Source: Lingula anatina
Taxonomy: Eukaryota; Animalia; Brachiopoda
Direction: 5' to 3'
Assembly: GCA_051362555.1 (NCBI GenBank)
Contig: CM120644.1
Coordinates: 22,714,534 to 22,778,533 of the forward strand
DNA: 64,000 nucleotides
Shown here: piece by piece, positions 13,800 to 25,996 of the stretch
Layout: each line of letters opens with the position of its first letter
How positions within the stretch are numbered: position 1 is the stretch's first letter
Position numbers and translations under genes: made by a program
The notes under the pieces: model-generated
The model's database searches: none
Told to the model about the DNA's origin: nothing
The model's input: the letters and a program-made list of their open reading frames with translations, nothing else

Positions 13800-16700
13800 T
13801 AATGCGGTGGAAAATACAATAGAGAGAGTGTATAATGATAGGGTCGCTAAACGATTGTTGACGGCATATAGTAACTAGCCTAATCCCCTGGTCGCCTGGG
13901 TAGCCACGCCCCCTTAGAGTACTTATGTAAACAAACGGTCTCCCGTTGCGAACTATCCTTTTGTTCAACAGCTTCGCGCGTGCAGCTGATTATGTATGTA
14001 GTGACACTATAGCTAACTGCATATAAATTTGTGCTAGCTGTTATTTGATTCATTCTGCTGTGTCGGATGTTGTGGATCAGCCCACTGGTTCGTTGACTTA
14101 TGTTTTTCTGAAGATTGGTGGTGCAGATTTTGAGATAAAAAGAGAGAGTGTCAAATGAAACGGGTAATGAGTAATACATTACATTAAATAAAGGGACTCG
14201 TGGTGGAAGAAACGATAGACTGTTTTGCATCAAGGTATGCCATTATAATCCGACATGGCCCATAACATGATCCATAACATGACTCATTGTTGTATGCCTT
14301 ATATTTGTGCCGACTTATATTTTACTCTCGTTCATTTCGTGAAACTATTTCCTTGAATAAAGTTTTGCCTGTGTAAATTAACTTTGTGACATGAAGTAAT
14401 TAATTAAACGCGCCTGTTGAAAAGGGGGCTTTTCGTAACTAATAAAGGTTCACTATTCAGAAAAATATCGTCGCTGTTCGTCGCCGCTACCTTCAGGAAA
14501 GCGTACCCTCCGCGTGGATCACCGGCATTTTTGATTATCTGACAAATTAGGGCAATTTACGTTTTAGCTAATAATTCTGAATTTACTAATATTTTGGACT
14601 AAATTCGATGTCAGATTCATAGCAATGACGGAGAGCCGCCAGAGTAACTGTTTAATTTTCTAAACTAATCAAACTAGAACGCGTGGCGATAAAATGTGTC
14701 GTTAGATCTTGTAAACACTCAGCGAAATGCACCTAGTGACTATATTCAATGTGCCGTCACTTAATTGCTTTCTCGATTTCATTAATTGACGATAGTAATT
14801 GCAGATAACAAGGAAGAGGAAATGCTGAAGACAAAACAACGTCGGGTCTTTGTGTGACTTTCTCCCTAAACACTTTTTATGTTGCTGTCAAAGAAAAAGG
14901 AGTCTAGAAGGCGATTTTTTAAACCACTGCTGCTGCTTTTGCAGGTGGACTTCCTCGTTCATCATTTAAATGCTCCCCTCCCCCAGCAGACTTGATGCAT
15001 GTACGTCTTGGTAGCTATAGTACAGATCTTGGTTCAAGTAATGAAAGGTTAAAGCACAAAACGATAATTTGAGGCTATTTTTTCATTCGAGACAAAATTA
15101 AGTATCTATGGTGTGTGACTTTACAAAGCTTAATTTGTCCTTAAATATATATTCCAGTAGCATAGGCGAGCGACGTAATTGTAACCTCAACTTGAGGTAT
15201 CCTCGATGAAAGCGGAGTACAAAAATTAACTTTTTTAAATATCGATTACAGCATGCTGTACAATGATATTGAGACTAAAGGGTTTAATGGACTTCTTTGC
15301 CTTAAAAGCAATTCATTTCAAAATTAAAAAAAAAAAAACAGTTTTTTCGGGGAGCGCGGGTAGACAGTTTACGTCAGGTGATTCGTTAAAGTCGAGGAGT
15401 GTTTCACTATCAAATGTGTAAATCATATATGTCATAAAACACTATAAGAAAGTTTTTTGTTACGATCTGCAACATTTGTTCATTTATATACCAGGGCGAA
15501 GTTAAAGCCAGAGGTAAATAGAACCTAATACCGTCATCCTCCTCGTCCATTTATTTAAATCGTATCAAAACGTTTGATACACAATGTTCATTAAATTCAT
15601 AATTTTGGCTATTTATAAAAACCATATCGGTACATAAAAGTTTAAGATTAGCATAAGTTAAGCAACAACCAGTATGAAGAACAACACCCTTTTTAAATGA
15701 GGCAGGACACCCTCTTCACACTGATTATAACCTTGAGAAAGACATTATGCAACTTAAGGCAAAGGAGTTATGCAAAGTTCTTTCAACTCGTGTGTGAATA
15801 CAACACATTCTTTGTCACTTTTACAAGACAATGGAGGCGAGCAAGTAGAGTAATTACTATATACAATAAAAAGGACATTAGTATAGAAAGCTCATTCGGG
15901 TCAGGCTTTTGCTTGTTCAAATGAAAGAGATAGATATCGCGCCGCGACTCCCTTTATTAAACCTTCATGTGTTTGTGTAAAAGTGTGAAAGACAGGCAAC
16001 GGTCTTTAGTCGCTGTTGATATTGTTCGCGATTAATATTGAAGTATAACTCCTTCGCCTGCATGTAAACGTGTTACTTTTCCTCATGTTCTCTATATTTC
16101 TTTTTGGTGGTTGAGACAATGGGATGAGATCGATAAAAGTAAATGTTAATCTAAACAATTAGATGCGATTTTTGTGAAATGACTTATTAAGTGATGTGCA
16201 TGTACCTAGCATGTTTAAATTCTTGAATTTCTAATTTGTTAAATCTTTCATACACGGCCTCATATATGTATTACTCTCAGGCCTTCGATATTATTGTGTT
16301 ACACGGGACTCCTGGAAACCTGAAGCACAGGTCTACGGAGTCTTGTTATCCTTCATGCAGTTTTATGGCTGGGATGAACACTGCGAAGTAGAAACAGGCT
16401 TTACTTAGCTTTACTTGATGCACGACAGTTTAAACAAAACCAGTCTGCAAGGCTTGCTTTGATTTGGCGTTAACCTTACACTGGTTTTAAAAAAACAAAT
16501 ATAAATATGTTCGATGGATTAAATGCCGGCTTCGTTATATTTTAACTAAATGCGTTCATTTGCACAGTTACACAGATAATATTTTTAAGTTGTCTGTCGT
16601 TCAGCACGCATTATAGGCGAGTAGCTAAATAGTGACGGTGATCAATCCAAGCTCAATCTTGGCAAGTATCGTTTACAAAATAGATCATGTTGAATAAACT

Positions 16701-18021
16701 TAATTACGCTTTCATAAATAATCAACACACGGTTCGGTTATTGTCACTTGAAAGCTTTCGATCAAAGACGTTCAATGAAATCACAAATCATTTGACGATT
16801 AAAAAATGGACATGTTCAAGGGGCAGTTTTTGTTTCACCTAAAGGGACTTCGGGTTCAGGTAGAGGGTTCAGTTACGTGTTTCATCGAATGATAGCATCA
16901 CGCCCTAGGTCTAAGCGAGTTGAATAGAAGCTTTTTTATCCAAACATCCTATTCCTAACTACTGAGTTAGGACAAAGGTCTAGTAACATGCACTGTGCAA
17001 TTACTATAATGGATCAGATGCATACTTGATTGTTTTTCCTCTGGTGTCGCACGTATGCATCCTTTCTTGAGTGATCTAAAACAAGACGCTAGTGTACCAT
17101 GTTTCTCACTGTAGCAAAATATGTTCGACATGGTGTTTCTGAACGGCAGCCGGAGACACAGTAATTGTATAGGCATGCTTTAAGCTTGTTCGAGAGATAA
17201 TAACAGTCGGGTTTAACAATAGATAGCGAGCTATAGTAAGACCCCCTCCTCTTTAACTGATGATTTACACTTTTAATTGACCGTACTTTCGTATATTGTA
17301 TGATCATACAGCCAGACTTCCCCCTGTTGCACGTTGTAGTTGGATTGTCATTGCGCCTATGTCAATGCACCTCATTTAATTTCAATATTATAATATAAGC
17401 ATAATATAAGTAATATGTTATTTCCTTATTCCTCTTTCATTATCATTCATGTTTTATAAATACTTGAACGCTTGAATGCAGATATTTCAAATTAAAACGT
17501 AAGTACATGAATAAATTATACATTTATAAATTAATGCAAAAGGAATTTTTTGAGACAGATTGATGCTGACGCTCATGCATTTCAACCAAACAAACAATAA
17601 TTAGTTCAATTTTTGACTGCGGAAATTTCATATAGGATGAAATAACTGATAACAAATTTAACTAGCAGTTGGTTAGCAACAGTAAAAACCAGCTGCGCGT
17701 GCCAAACTAGTGAACAAAAGGACAGTTCGCTTCGCGTGGCACGCCTTAGCATGGGTTTAGCCTCTTCAAGCTATAATCCTATCGCCGCAACAAACAATAG
17801 GGACCTTCTGGCTGATGTATCCTGCTGTTAATTACACCTAGTTACAGCGGATTGTCACGCTCGCGCTGGGCCACAGAAACCGGCGTCATGGGGTTCACTC
17901 GTATTAAGTATTGTGTTATTCCGCCTAAGCTATTGTGTTTGTGCGTTCGAATTTTGAAGGGATTTATACGGCCCTCCATTGTTTGTCTGCCCCCTTCTAT
18001 TCACAAGATAGGGATTAAAAC
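13800..18021. mobile_element. Unclassified interspersed repeat X, copy 1 (~4.2 kb)
   Basis: Colinear similarity to 26060-29520 at both ends and in internal blocks. Subterminal inverted motif aactatccttttgttcaacagcttcgcgcgtgcagctg (~13950) versus cagctgcgcgtgccaaactagtgaacaaaaggacagtt (~17690). Confidence 0.75.
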
Positions 18022-18089
18022 ATTGTTATTGTTATTTAACCAATTTATTTATAAAGAGGGTAGACGTACAAATTGAAAAAGTCATTTTT

Positions 18090-18480
18090 TCAAGGAGCAG
18101 CTGTCAATTTACAAGACAATGAGGGTAGAGAGAATTTACATTTAGCAACAGCAAACGGTTGTCCTAGAAAGGCAAAGAAAGTTCCTTATTTTGTACTTAT
18201 CTGCAATGAAAAAAAAAAAAAAAAAAAAAAGCGGGAGAACTTGGTATATCCAGCATTGGGGAAGGTTAAACCACACTTTTGGCTGGTAATGAAGGCCACT
18301 GGGTGCAGTTGACCGTTTACAGCATTCTGTAGGTTTAGGTGATGAAGACAGCTTTGGCATTCTTGGGGTGTTTATATATAACCGTTTGAAGATATTTGTT
18401 CTTACAAAAGAGATGCATCGGCATTGTCATGTGGTATTTAAGTCCGCGAATGATGCCACAAATGGGCATTTAACCTATTT
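18090..18480 (+). pseudogene. Highly decayed relic of the ankyrin-protease exon
   Basis: GAAVNLQDNEGRENLHLATANGC and KKVPYFVLICN match the downstream units (VNSQDNEGRSSLHLAAENGC; REVPYFEITCN). ggcattcttggggtgtttat matches the GSLGVFT block. Confidence 0.7.
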
Positions 18481-18970
18481 TACATTTAAATGGGGTCTGA
18501 CAGAGAGTGTTACTAGTGTTACTTTGTAAGTCGTCGAGAATTGTCGGTTATCATTAATTATGACAACAAAATCCGTTGTTCAATGTATGGGGAAGATCTG
18601 AGATCTTTTACAACTACCGTTTATTTGCGTCACATGGTTTTAATGGTTTCTTTTGAAGATAAACTACCAACTTAAGTCTCTCTGAAGTTTGCTTTTTGAA
18701 ATGTAATTTGAAATCAAGTGGCGAATTATAAGGAGATATAAAAAGCAGCTCTTGAATTTGTATCTTACGGCAGGACTGAAATTGTAGATTCGGTGAGTCA
18801 ATGCATCCTTTTCTGCCTATTGTATGATTTTATTCATTTAAAACATCATATATTTCAGGTTCAGGTACTGAAGAGAAGCGTTGTGCAATTTGACAATCAG
18901 CAGCCTTACAAATTGTTACATGAATCAAGAACTCTCAGTTGCAGAGCAGTAAGACAGTGAACTGTAAAGT

Positions 18971-19102
18971 ATGGATCAGCATCATCTTGACCAAATAAGC
19001 AAGAATCGCCTTGCCCTGATTCAATATATGAAACCTGATCCAGTTGTAGATTATCTGTGCCGGACAAAAGTTCTTTCCGCTGAAATGGTGGAGCGTATTA
19101 AG
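18971..19102 (+). CDS. CARD-ANK-protease gene, coding exon 1 (CARD N-terminal half)
   Basis: MDQHHLDQISKNRLALIQYMKPDPVVDYLCRTKVLSAEMVERIK resembles CARD helices 1-3. Donor AAG|gtaggc, phase 0. A candidate 5'UTR intron lies at 18793-18859. Confidence 0.8.
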
Positions 19103-19365
19103 GTAGGCCAGCATAAGGTTATTTTAACATTGAACGGAACAGTTTTCTGTACATTATCACGTTTGACTGATAGCTGACAATGGGAATTTATTAAGCCTTT
19201 CCATAAATAGAAAATAAAAAAATGAGAACCCATGACGATTTTAATGTTAATAATCAAACTGTTTTCTTTTGGGAGTTTGTCAGACAAGGTATTGAGAGAA
19301 ATGTTTCCTAGTGGTTGTATTTAATCATTCAGACTTATTTGAAATACATTATTTTTGACATCCAG

Positions 19366-19468
19366 CTTCAAAAGACAAAGGAAGAAAAAGTGAAGACAAT
19401 TATTGACATGGTTCAAGGAAAAGGGATTGCTGCTTTTGAACAATTTTGCAACGCGCTTATTGAAACAG
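19366..19468 (+). CDS. CARD-ANK-protease gene, coding exon 2 (CARD C-terminal half)
   Basis: Acceptor tttttgacatccag; LQKTKEEKVKTIIDMVQGKGIAAFEQFCNALIET matches the CARD KGxxAFxxFxxAL pattern. Donor G|gtgagt, phase 1. Confidence 0.8.
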
Positions 19469-20373
19469 GTGAGTTTGTTTTATGTCAGTATTTGATAAAA
19501 CTAAAAAATGTAACCGGATGATATGATATCAGATGGCATAGATTTCTTGCCAATTGTTATCACATGGGTCTCCCGAGGTGGGGATTAAGTAGAAATAGTC
19601 TGATGTGGAAAAGTGGAAACTGTTATTTAGTGATGTTCCTTAGGATATGCGGCCAATGGATGCAGCAGCTTCTCTTATTTCCTGTGGCCATGACTATTTC
19701 ATTGCACTTCGTAGGATCTTTACAATCTTCCTTGCAACACCAGTGGGCAGTGTTGCATGCGAGGGATCATTTACAGCCCTCCGTCGTCTGAAACTGTGGA
19801 CACGCACAAGCATACGTTTGTAAACAGGTATACAGCGGAAACATAATTACAACTAGGCCTGTAGCGTTTGTTGGAGGGAAATCCCCTTCTATTGTAAAGT
19901 CATCTGACATTTGTCGTGATTAGAATAAATGAGCAGGTATTAATGGCCAAGACAAAAGCAACACCCATCTAAATTCTTATATTTTCATACATCAATCGCC
20001 AACAAAGTAAAAGTCCACTAAGATATCTTTTATATTTTATCCCCGTAAAATTGGGCACTAATCCTTAGAAATACAGTTTTGAGGCCTCACATTTGGCAGA
20101 AGTTAAAAGGGTCCCCAAGGAAGGTATTTCAGTGCAATAAGATCGAATTATGTGAAACTACACCTTGCCGCACTTGCCAGGTGCTTAAAATATGGCACTT
20201 AAATCAACGAGGACATCCTTTAGTTTGTGCGCCCTCCGAGACTCGTATCGACCGGGCCTGTTCCTGTAGGTCAAATTCAACTTGAATGACGTCACGATCT
20301 CTAGCCGCCGCCATATTGGGGGTCCGGAACAAAGCGCGTGGGCAGGTAGCGCGGTTGCGGGCTTTGAATTAAA

Positions 20374-22000
20374 ATGCCTTCGTTTTGTGCTGTTTCTGGC
20401 TGTTAGAACAGGGGAAATCAAGAAAATGATCGATCATACTACAGGCTACCAAAATTAAGTTATAACACACAAAGGTGACCAGACTAAGGAATTATCGCAA
20501 GCAAGGCGTGATAAATGGTTATCTAACATCGGTAGATCAGACATCAAATAATCAAGCTATGAACACATACATGTGTGCTCAGACCATTTCGTAGGTGAGT
20601 TTTTATTACACGGAAAAGGATAATTTAGTTGTATCGTTTTGGGGAAAGTACCAGAGTGGAGTGGAGTGCTCAACTTCTGAGCTATCGAACCAAGGTAGAC
20701 CCTGGCCAGTCACTACATGTACATGGTGTAGGGAAATGCTATGTTTGGAACTACGAGAAGTTATATTTCTCAATAATTTTAGTCTAGTGACAGAGTTCAC
20801 ATCATGTAAGCATACGGTTTTGAAAGTTATAGTAGCATGCACTTGAAATGCTCAAACTCGGTCTTTTTGCTTGTTATGATCCACAAAAAAGAAACAACAC
20901 GAGGCAGCAACTGCATTACTTGATTTACAGAAGTCTGGAGAAGTAGCTGCAACTTTCGAGATGACTACAAATGTGGAGACTGGGACAGCATCTCAAAGTA
21001 CTGTCGACATGAAGCTGTATACAGCCATGGAAGAGGAAATAATGAGACTTCAAAGTGAAAATGCCGAACTAAAAAAAGCTTGCAAGGCAAAACAATTTCA
21101 TATTGACTTTTTTTGAAAATGACGCTGAAAAAGTAAGAAATTACACTGGCCTCCCAAATTACCCAGTTCTGAAATCATTGTATGATTATGTTGAGACTGA
21201 TATTATTCTCTACACAAGAGTGTTTTGGATAAATTTCAACAATTGATCCTTGTTCTTATGAAACTGAGACTAAACCTTGCAAACCAGGATTTGGCCGTCA
21301 GATTTGGAGTTTTTGATAGTACTGTTTCACGAATATTTAGAAGCATTTTGGGAGTATTGTTTGTTCTTTTGTCACCTCTCATTCATTGGCCTGAGAGAGA
21401 GCAACTGAAAAAAACAATGCCAATGAGTTTTAGAGAGCATTTTGGTACAAAAGTTGCCGTGATTATTGATTATTCTGAAATGCCTATGGAATGTTCATCT
21501 AACCTCAAAGCAAGAGATGAAACTTGGTCATCTTATAAACACAATACCACAGCAAAATATTTGATAGGTATTGCACCTCATTGAGTGATATGTTTCATCT
21601 CAGATAGGCATGGCGGCAGAGCTAGTGACAAAATAATTAAAGAAACTTGTTGTTTGCTTAATAAGCTTTTGCCAGGGAATGTAATTTTAGCAGATAGAGG
21701 TTTTGACATACAGGATAGTGTAGATAGCATGTGTGAACGGTTATACATCCCAGCATTTACCAGGGGTAAATCACAGCTCGGAGCTTTAGATGTTGAACAA
21801 ACGAGGAGGATAGTCAACAGTAGAATACATGTTGAGAGATTGATAGGCGTTGTTCGGCAGAAGTATTTAATATTATCAGCAAAATTACCTCACGATTTTT
21901 TACACCAGGAAAGGGTGATGACACACTTGTTATTGACAAAATTGTTAAGGTTTGTTGTGCATTGTCAAATCTTTGTGATTCTGTTGTACCATTCAACTGA
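20374..22000 (+). pseudogene. THAP-HTH-DDE (Harbinger/ISL2EU-family) transposase
   Basis: MPSFCAVSGC...RRDKWLSNI...HVCSDHF (THAP); LMKLRLNLANQDLAVRFGVFDSTVSRIF (HTH); [46 protein letters not shown] (DDE). Stops and frameshifts present. Confidence 0.9.
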
Positions 22001-22072
22001 AATGGATAATTTATTCATCATATGGCAAGAAACTTTTTATCACAAATGCACATTGCACATTTAGATTGCACT

Positions 22073-22077
<5 letters not shown>

Positions 22078-22134
<57 letters not shown>
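22078..22134. repeat. (TA)n microsatellite
   Basis: Directly visible. Confidence 0.95.
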
Positions 22135-22137
<3 letters not shown>

Positions 22138-22504
22138 AGCAGACTGCTGCATGACTGACCATTTTTTACAGAGATTGTAGAAATACAAGCATTAAAACAT
22201 CTACTTTAATAGCATGCTGGAGTTGTACTCTAAGTAAAACTATTTTTCTCCTATGGTTATTCAATTTAGATTGCATTTAAGAATCTTTGTAGAATCACAT
22301 CTATAAACGGGAATAAAAGTGAGTATTATTTGAACCTTGTATTGCTTTATGAATCATGTCAGGCATACATAAAATGACTGCTGCATGGCTGAGCCATGTT
22401 TTTTTACAAAAAAAAAAAAGAAATTCATACAAATGATAAAACATCCACAGTAATATTGACATCATACTGCAGCTGTACTCTAAAACTAATGATGTGCTAT
22501 TTTA

Positions 22505-24078
22505 TTATCCATTGAATATAGCTTGCTTCTTAAGCTGTGTGCAAAGAAATAAACCTGCACATAATTCAATTGCCAATGTTTGTATCTTAAAATGAAGAAA
22601 CATAGTTTTTCTACTGAGGATTCTTTTTTTTTTTCTCCTTTTCACAGCTTTTCTACAATCAGGACAGAACCATTTTCCTTTTGGCTCTCCCTTAATCCCC
22701 ACACACTTAAAGTGAAACCACTGAATGGCACAGTCCTTTGAATCGCAGCACACCATGCTCCCATGTTCCATATCCTTGCAGTAGCACCACTGCTCATCAG
22801 ATAACCGTGTATTTGTTTTGTCAGCAAGCAATGGCATTGGGGTTCTTGAAAAAAAAAAGTTTGCTACCAATTCTGGAAGTACTGCTTTCAGAAAAAAAAA
22901 TGCTAGACTTCATGTAAATTCCCTCCCAAAAACCAACACCAAAATAAATGTCCTCAACATGGAGATCTTGTTCAGTCAACACAACGAAAAACGCCCTCTC
23001 CAATTTGGCAACACCTAGCTGTGTCTGGACTGGTGGTCCCGTTTAAGTTTTAACTCTCCTCCCTTGTCCTTGACCAAATAAAAAAAGTCTTATCATTCCC
23101 ATCCAGGGTACTTTCCTTTTGCAAAAGGGACAGTTAACTTCCAAAATAGACTTTCCACAGCAATCACGTTCAATAATGCCATCTGGAGAAGCAGCAATGT
23201 AAGGGTAGTCTCGTGTCAGTATAAGTCCACTGTTCACTACCCTTATATTACTGTGGTCTTGGCTCATCTGCTGCAAAAAATCATCAACTGCCACACTTTC
23301 ATGACTACACCCCCATTCCATGGCGTTGCTGGAAAACTGCCTTGCCTGTGGATAACAGACCGTCTTTATCAGTGACATGGCTGGGCTGGCAGGGTTAGTT
23401 TTACATACCGATTTCATGTTCGAAGCAGTTATTCTCCCAGCACGGAAACGATTCCAGTGAGAAGTCTGGCTCTGGCGCTTAGTCACTGTCTCTACTTGTA
23501 GTACTTGCTCAACGGTTATTGTCAAACCTTCAAGTATGCTTTCACAGTGATCAATTAAATTGTTATATGCAAAGCCAAAAGTTTCCTTGTCCTTCAACTC
23601 TGTCAGCACTATGGGGAAATCTCCTTTTAATAACAAAGGGACAACATTTTCACAATATTCTGGCACATGGGCAAATATAGCCCGCTTTGATGGTGCCTTG
23701 CTGAGAGCATTGAAAAATCTGTCTAATCTTTCCTGTGTGGGAGGTAGTGTTGACGGCTGGGAACTGTTTTGGTTTGGGGTTGGTGGAGTTACTGGCTTGT
23801 CTGTGCATAAAGAAGTGCCAATTTATTTCAAGGAGGAGGCAGGTAAAATCAAGGTCCTTAAGCTTACTGTACGTGACACTTGAAAAGGGTGTTGGCAACT
23901 TCCAATATGCCTTCTCTTGCGTTACTTTTTTTGGTATCCCTGATCTTAACTGCAGCTTCCACAAAAATAGGAGTGTTGCAACATGGGTACAGGTTTCACC
24001 AAGTCCTGCCATACAGTTGCAGTGTCCTGTAATTACAGTCGCAGAGGACTGTCATTAAGGCACTGAGAGTGCAAGACC
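22505..24078 (-). pseudogene. Transposon second gene, exon 2: SWIM finger, YqaJ/lambda-exonuclease domain, PHD finger
   Basis: HCNCMAGLGETCTHVA (SWIM); QSQTSHWNRFRAGRITAS, WGCSHE, YIAASPDG, LEVNCP (YqaJ); WCYC...CCDSKDCAIQWFHFKCVG...WFCPDC (PHD). Acceptor tttttctttttag near 24079; frameshifted. Confidence 0.88.
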
Positions 24079-24950
24079 TAAAAAGAAAAATGGGCTTATT
24101 AATTAACATAGGGTTGATTTTAGGGATCAAGGTACACTGCACTTGCAAAACTGTGATACCACTTAATTAAATACCATTTTGTCAAATGGTGTCACAGGCT
24201 ACCAAGCTGATAAAAGGCGACTGCTATTTGAATTAAAGGCAACTATTTGTAATTACATCTACCTGGAGAGTTACCTGTTTTTCACAAGACATCACTTTTG
24301 TTCAGATGTTACATAACCCATTTTATGTAATAGATAGACCCCGAGTCAGCGAGGGTTATGTGACACACACGAGTCTTATTTAGACTACGGTCCATGAACG
24401 GGTTATAATGCATTCATGCGAGACGTGCGGTTATGCGAGTTACACCACGTCCGAGTCTTTTGTTCTTCACTTACACCGTGGTCTAAGTTGTCAGAGACAC
24501 CAATAACCTGAATCTTAAGAACTGAGATAATATCTAGTTTGAAAACTAATAAGGAAGTCTCATTCTCAACTGCTTTACAAACACTTGCTTTAGCAAACAT
24601 TCTTATGTTTATAGAAATAAAAAATTCTGTGCTACTGACCCTTTTTCTTAAAAAAATGTTAAAAGAAGAGGACAATGCACATGCATGTCACCCATGTGTT
24701 AGATAAGAAAACCAGTTGGTAGACTGTGATAAACATTATCATTTCAATTCTACCGAATACCTCTGGTTCAAAAAAAAAAAAAAAAAAAAACACTGCATTC
24801 AAACTTAGCTTCGGTGCCTAATTATAAAGCTGTAATCTATTAAGATCGTGAGATACAAAAGAAAGTCGTAACGACCATCAGTCAATACACTTGACAGTTA
24901 CTGTATATGTTGTTCACTATTACTAACTCACTACTAAATTTCTTACCTTG

Positions 24951-25229
24951 TATAGAAATCCCTTACGCTAATCAACTCTAGCTCCGGATATTTCTACTAA
25001 TAATCTGCTTACCTTAGCAGTAACGGAATCCCTTTCCTATAGATAACCACTAGAAATCAGGATTCCAACCTCTATCTCAATCTTGCTTCACAGTAATGGC
25101 GTCGCCCTTTGTTCTCAGTGCTCCTCGCTGTAAAACCACTCCTTACAGCTATCGAGTTTCTCGCAAACTGACACTCAGCCTCGACTTGGAATCGAGGCCA
25201 AGACAAGCCACCGATGCCGGATCACTACA
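24951..25229 (-). repeat. 3' LTR (279 bp)
   Basis: Matches 34884-35162 with two substitutions found by eye. Preceded on the minus strand by aaagtggggaggag (PPT). Confidence 0.95.
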
Positions 25230-25432
25230 CTCCTCCCCACTTTATCTGGATTGGAGGTAGCCATTACAATCCAACACCAACAACACGCTCTTACGATCCT
25301 TGTATCACTACTCGATCAGCCCATGCTAACCCAGCCAAGGAATCCATACACGGTACTCAACACTAGGAATACTCCTTCCCAGCATCTACTCCTGAGCAGG
25401 TCGTACCCCTCCTGGCCAGCTTCTTGGTGTTT

Positions 25433-25996
25433 TTACTCAACACTGGGCCCCAGTCGGTCTAGATATAACCGACGCCCATTCTCCTCGATGATCTTGAGAA
25501 TATCTTCCCAGTCACACCCACGAATTTTTGCGACGACTTCCGCTACTTTCCCCAGGAAAGCTGGAGTGGACTTACTTCTCTTCAGAAATCCGAAGTAGGG
25601 GGCATCAGTTTCCAGCAATAACCTGCCAGCAGGCATCCACTGTAACATCTCTATTGCTCTCCTACTCCTCGACGTATCCGTATACGTCCTGAAGATGGCA
25701 GTAGTTCCAAAGTAGGAATTGGGAAAATACTGTACCCACTTCTCTACCATCCTCCTTGACCCCGTGAAATAGTGACAGTGAAATAACTGGTCACTTTTCA
25801 CATTCTCAGCTAATCTAAGAATGTTCAAAACATGTCTCCAAACCAGATCACCAGCTGAGTCATCCTTGGGCCCTCGACAGTGGAGCACCAGTACCTGGTC
25901 TTCTCTTAATAATGTGAGAGCTCTTTCCAGGACTTCAAACTGAGCTTCCCACTGCCACGATGAGGTAGTGTAATCTACACCAGTCTCACCTACAGT
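25433..25996 (-). pseudogene. TatD-family nuclease, C-terminal part, inside the LTR element
   Basis: VGETGVDY, LVLHCR, HCHYF and RLLLETDAPY are the TatD metal-binding motifs. The N-terminal part lies beyond the repeat X insertion. Confidence 0.85.

Noticed and set aside
22505-22870. Host ING-family PHD gene
   Set aside because: The PHD is the C-terminus of the transposon's SWIM-YqaJ gene; no ING N-terminal domain is present.
24318-24530. Possible SINE or structured RNA in the transposon intron
   Set aside because: No clear A/B boxes, tail or TSD could be identified by eye.
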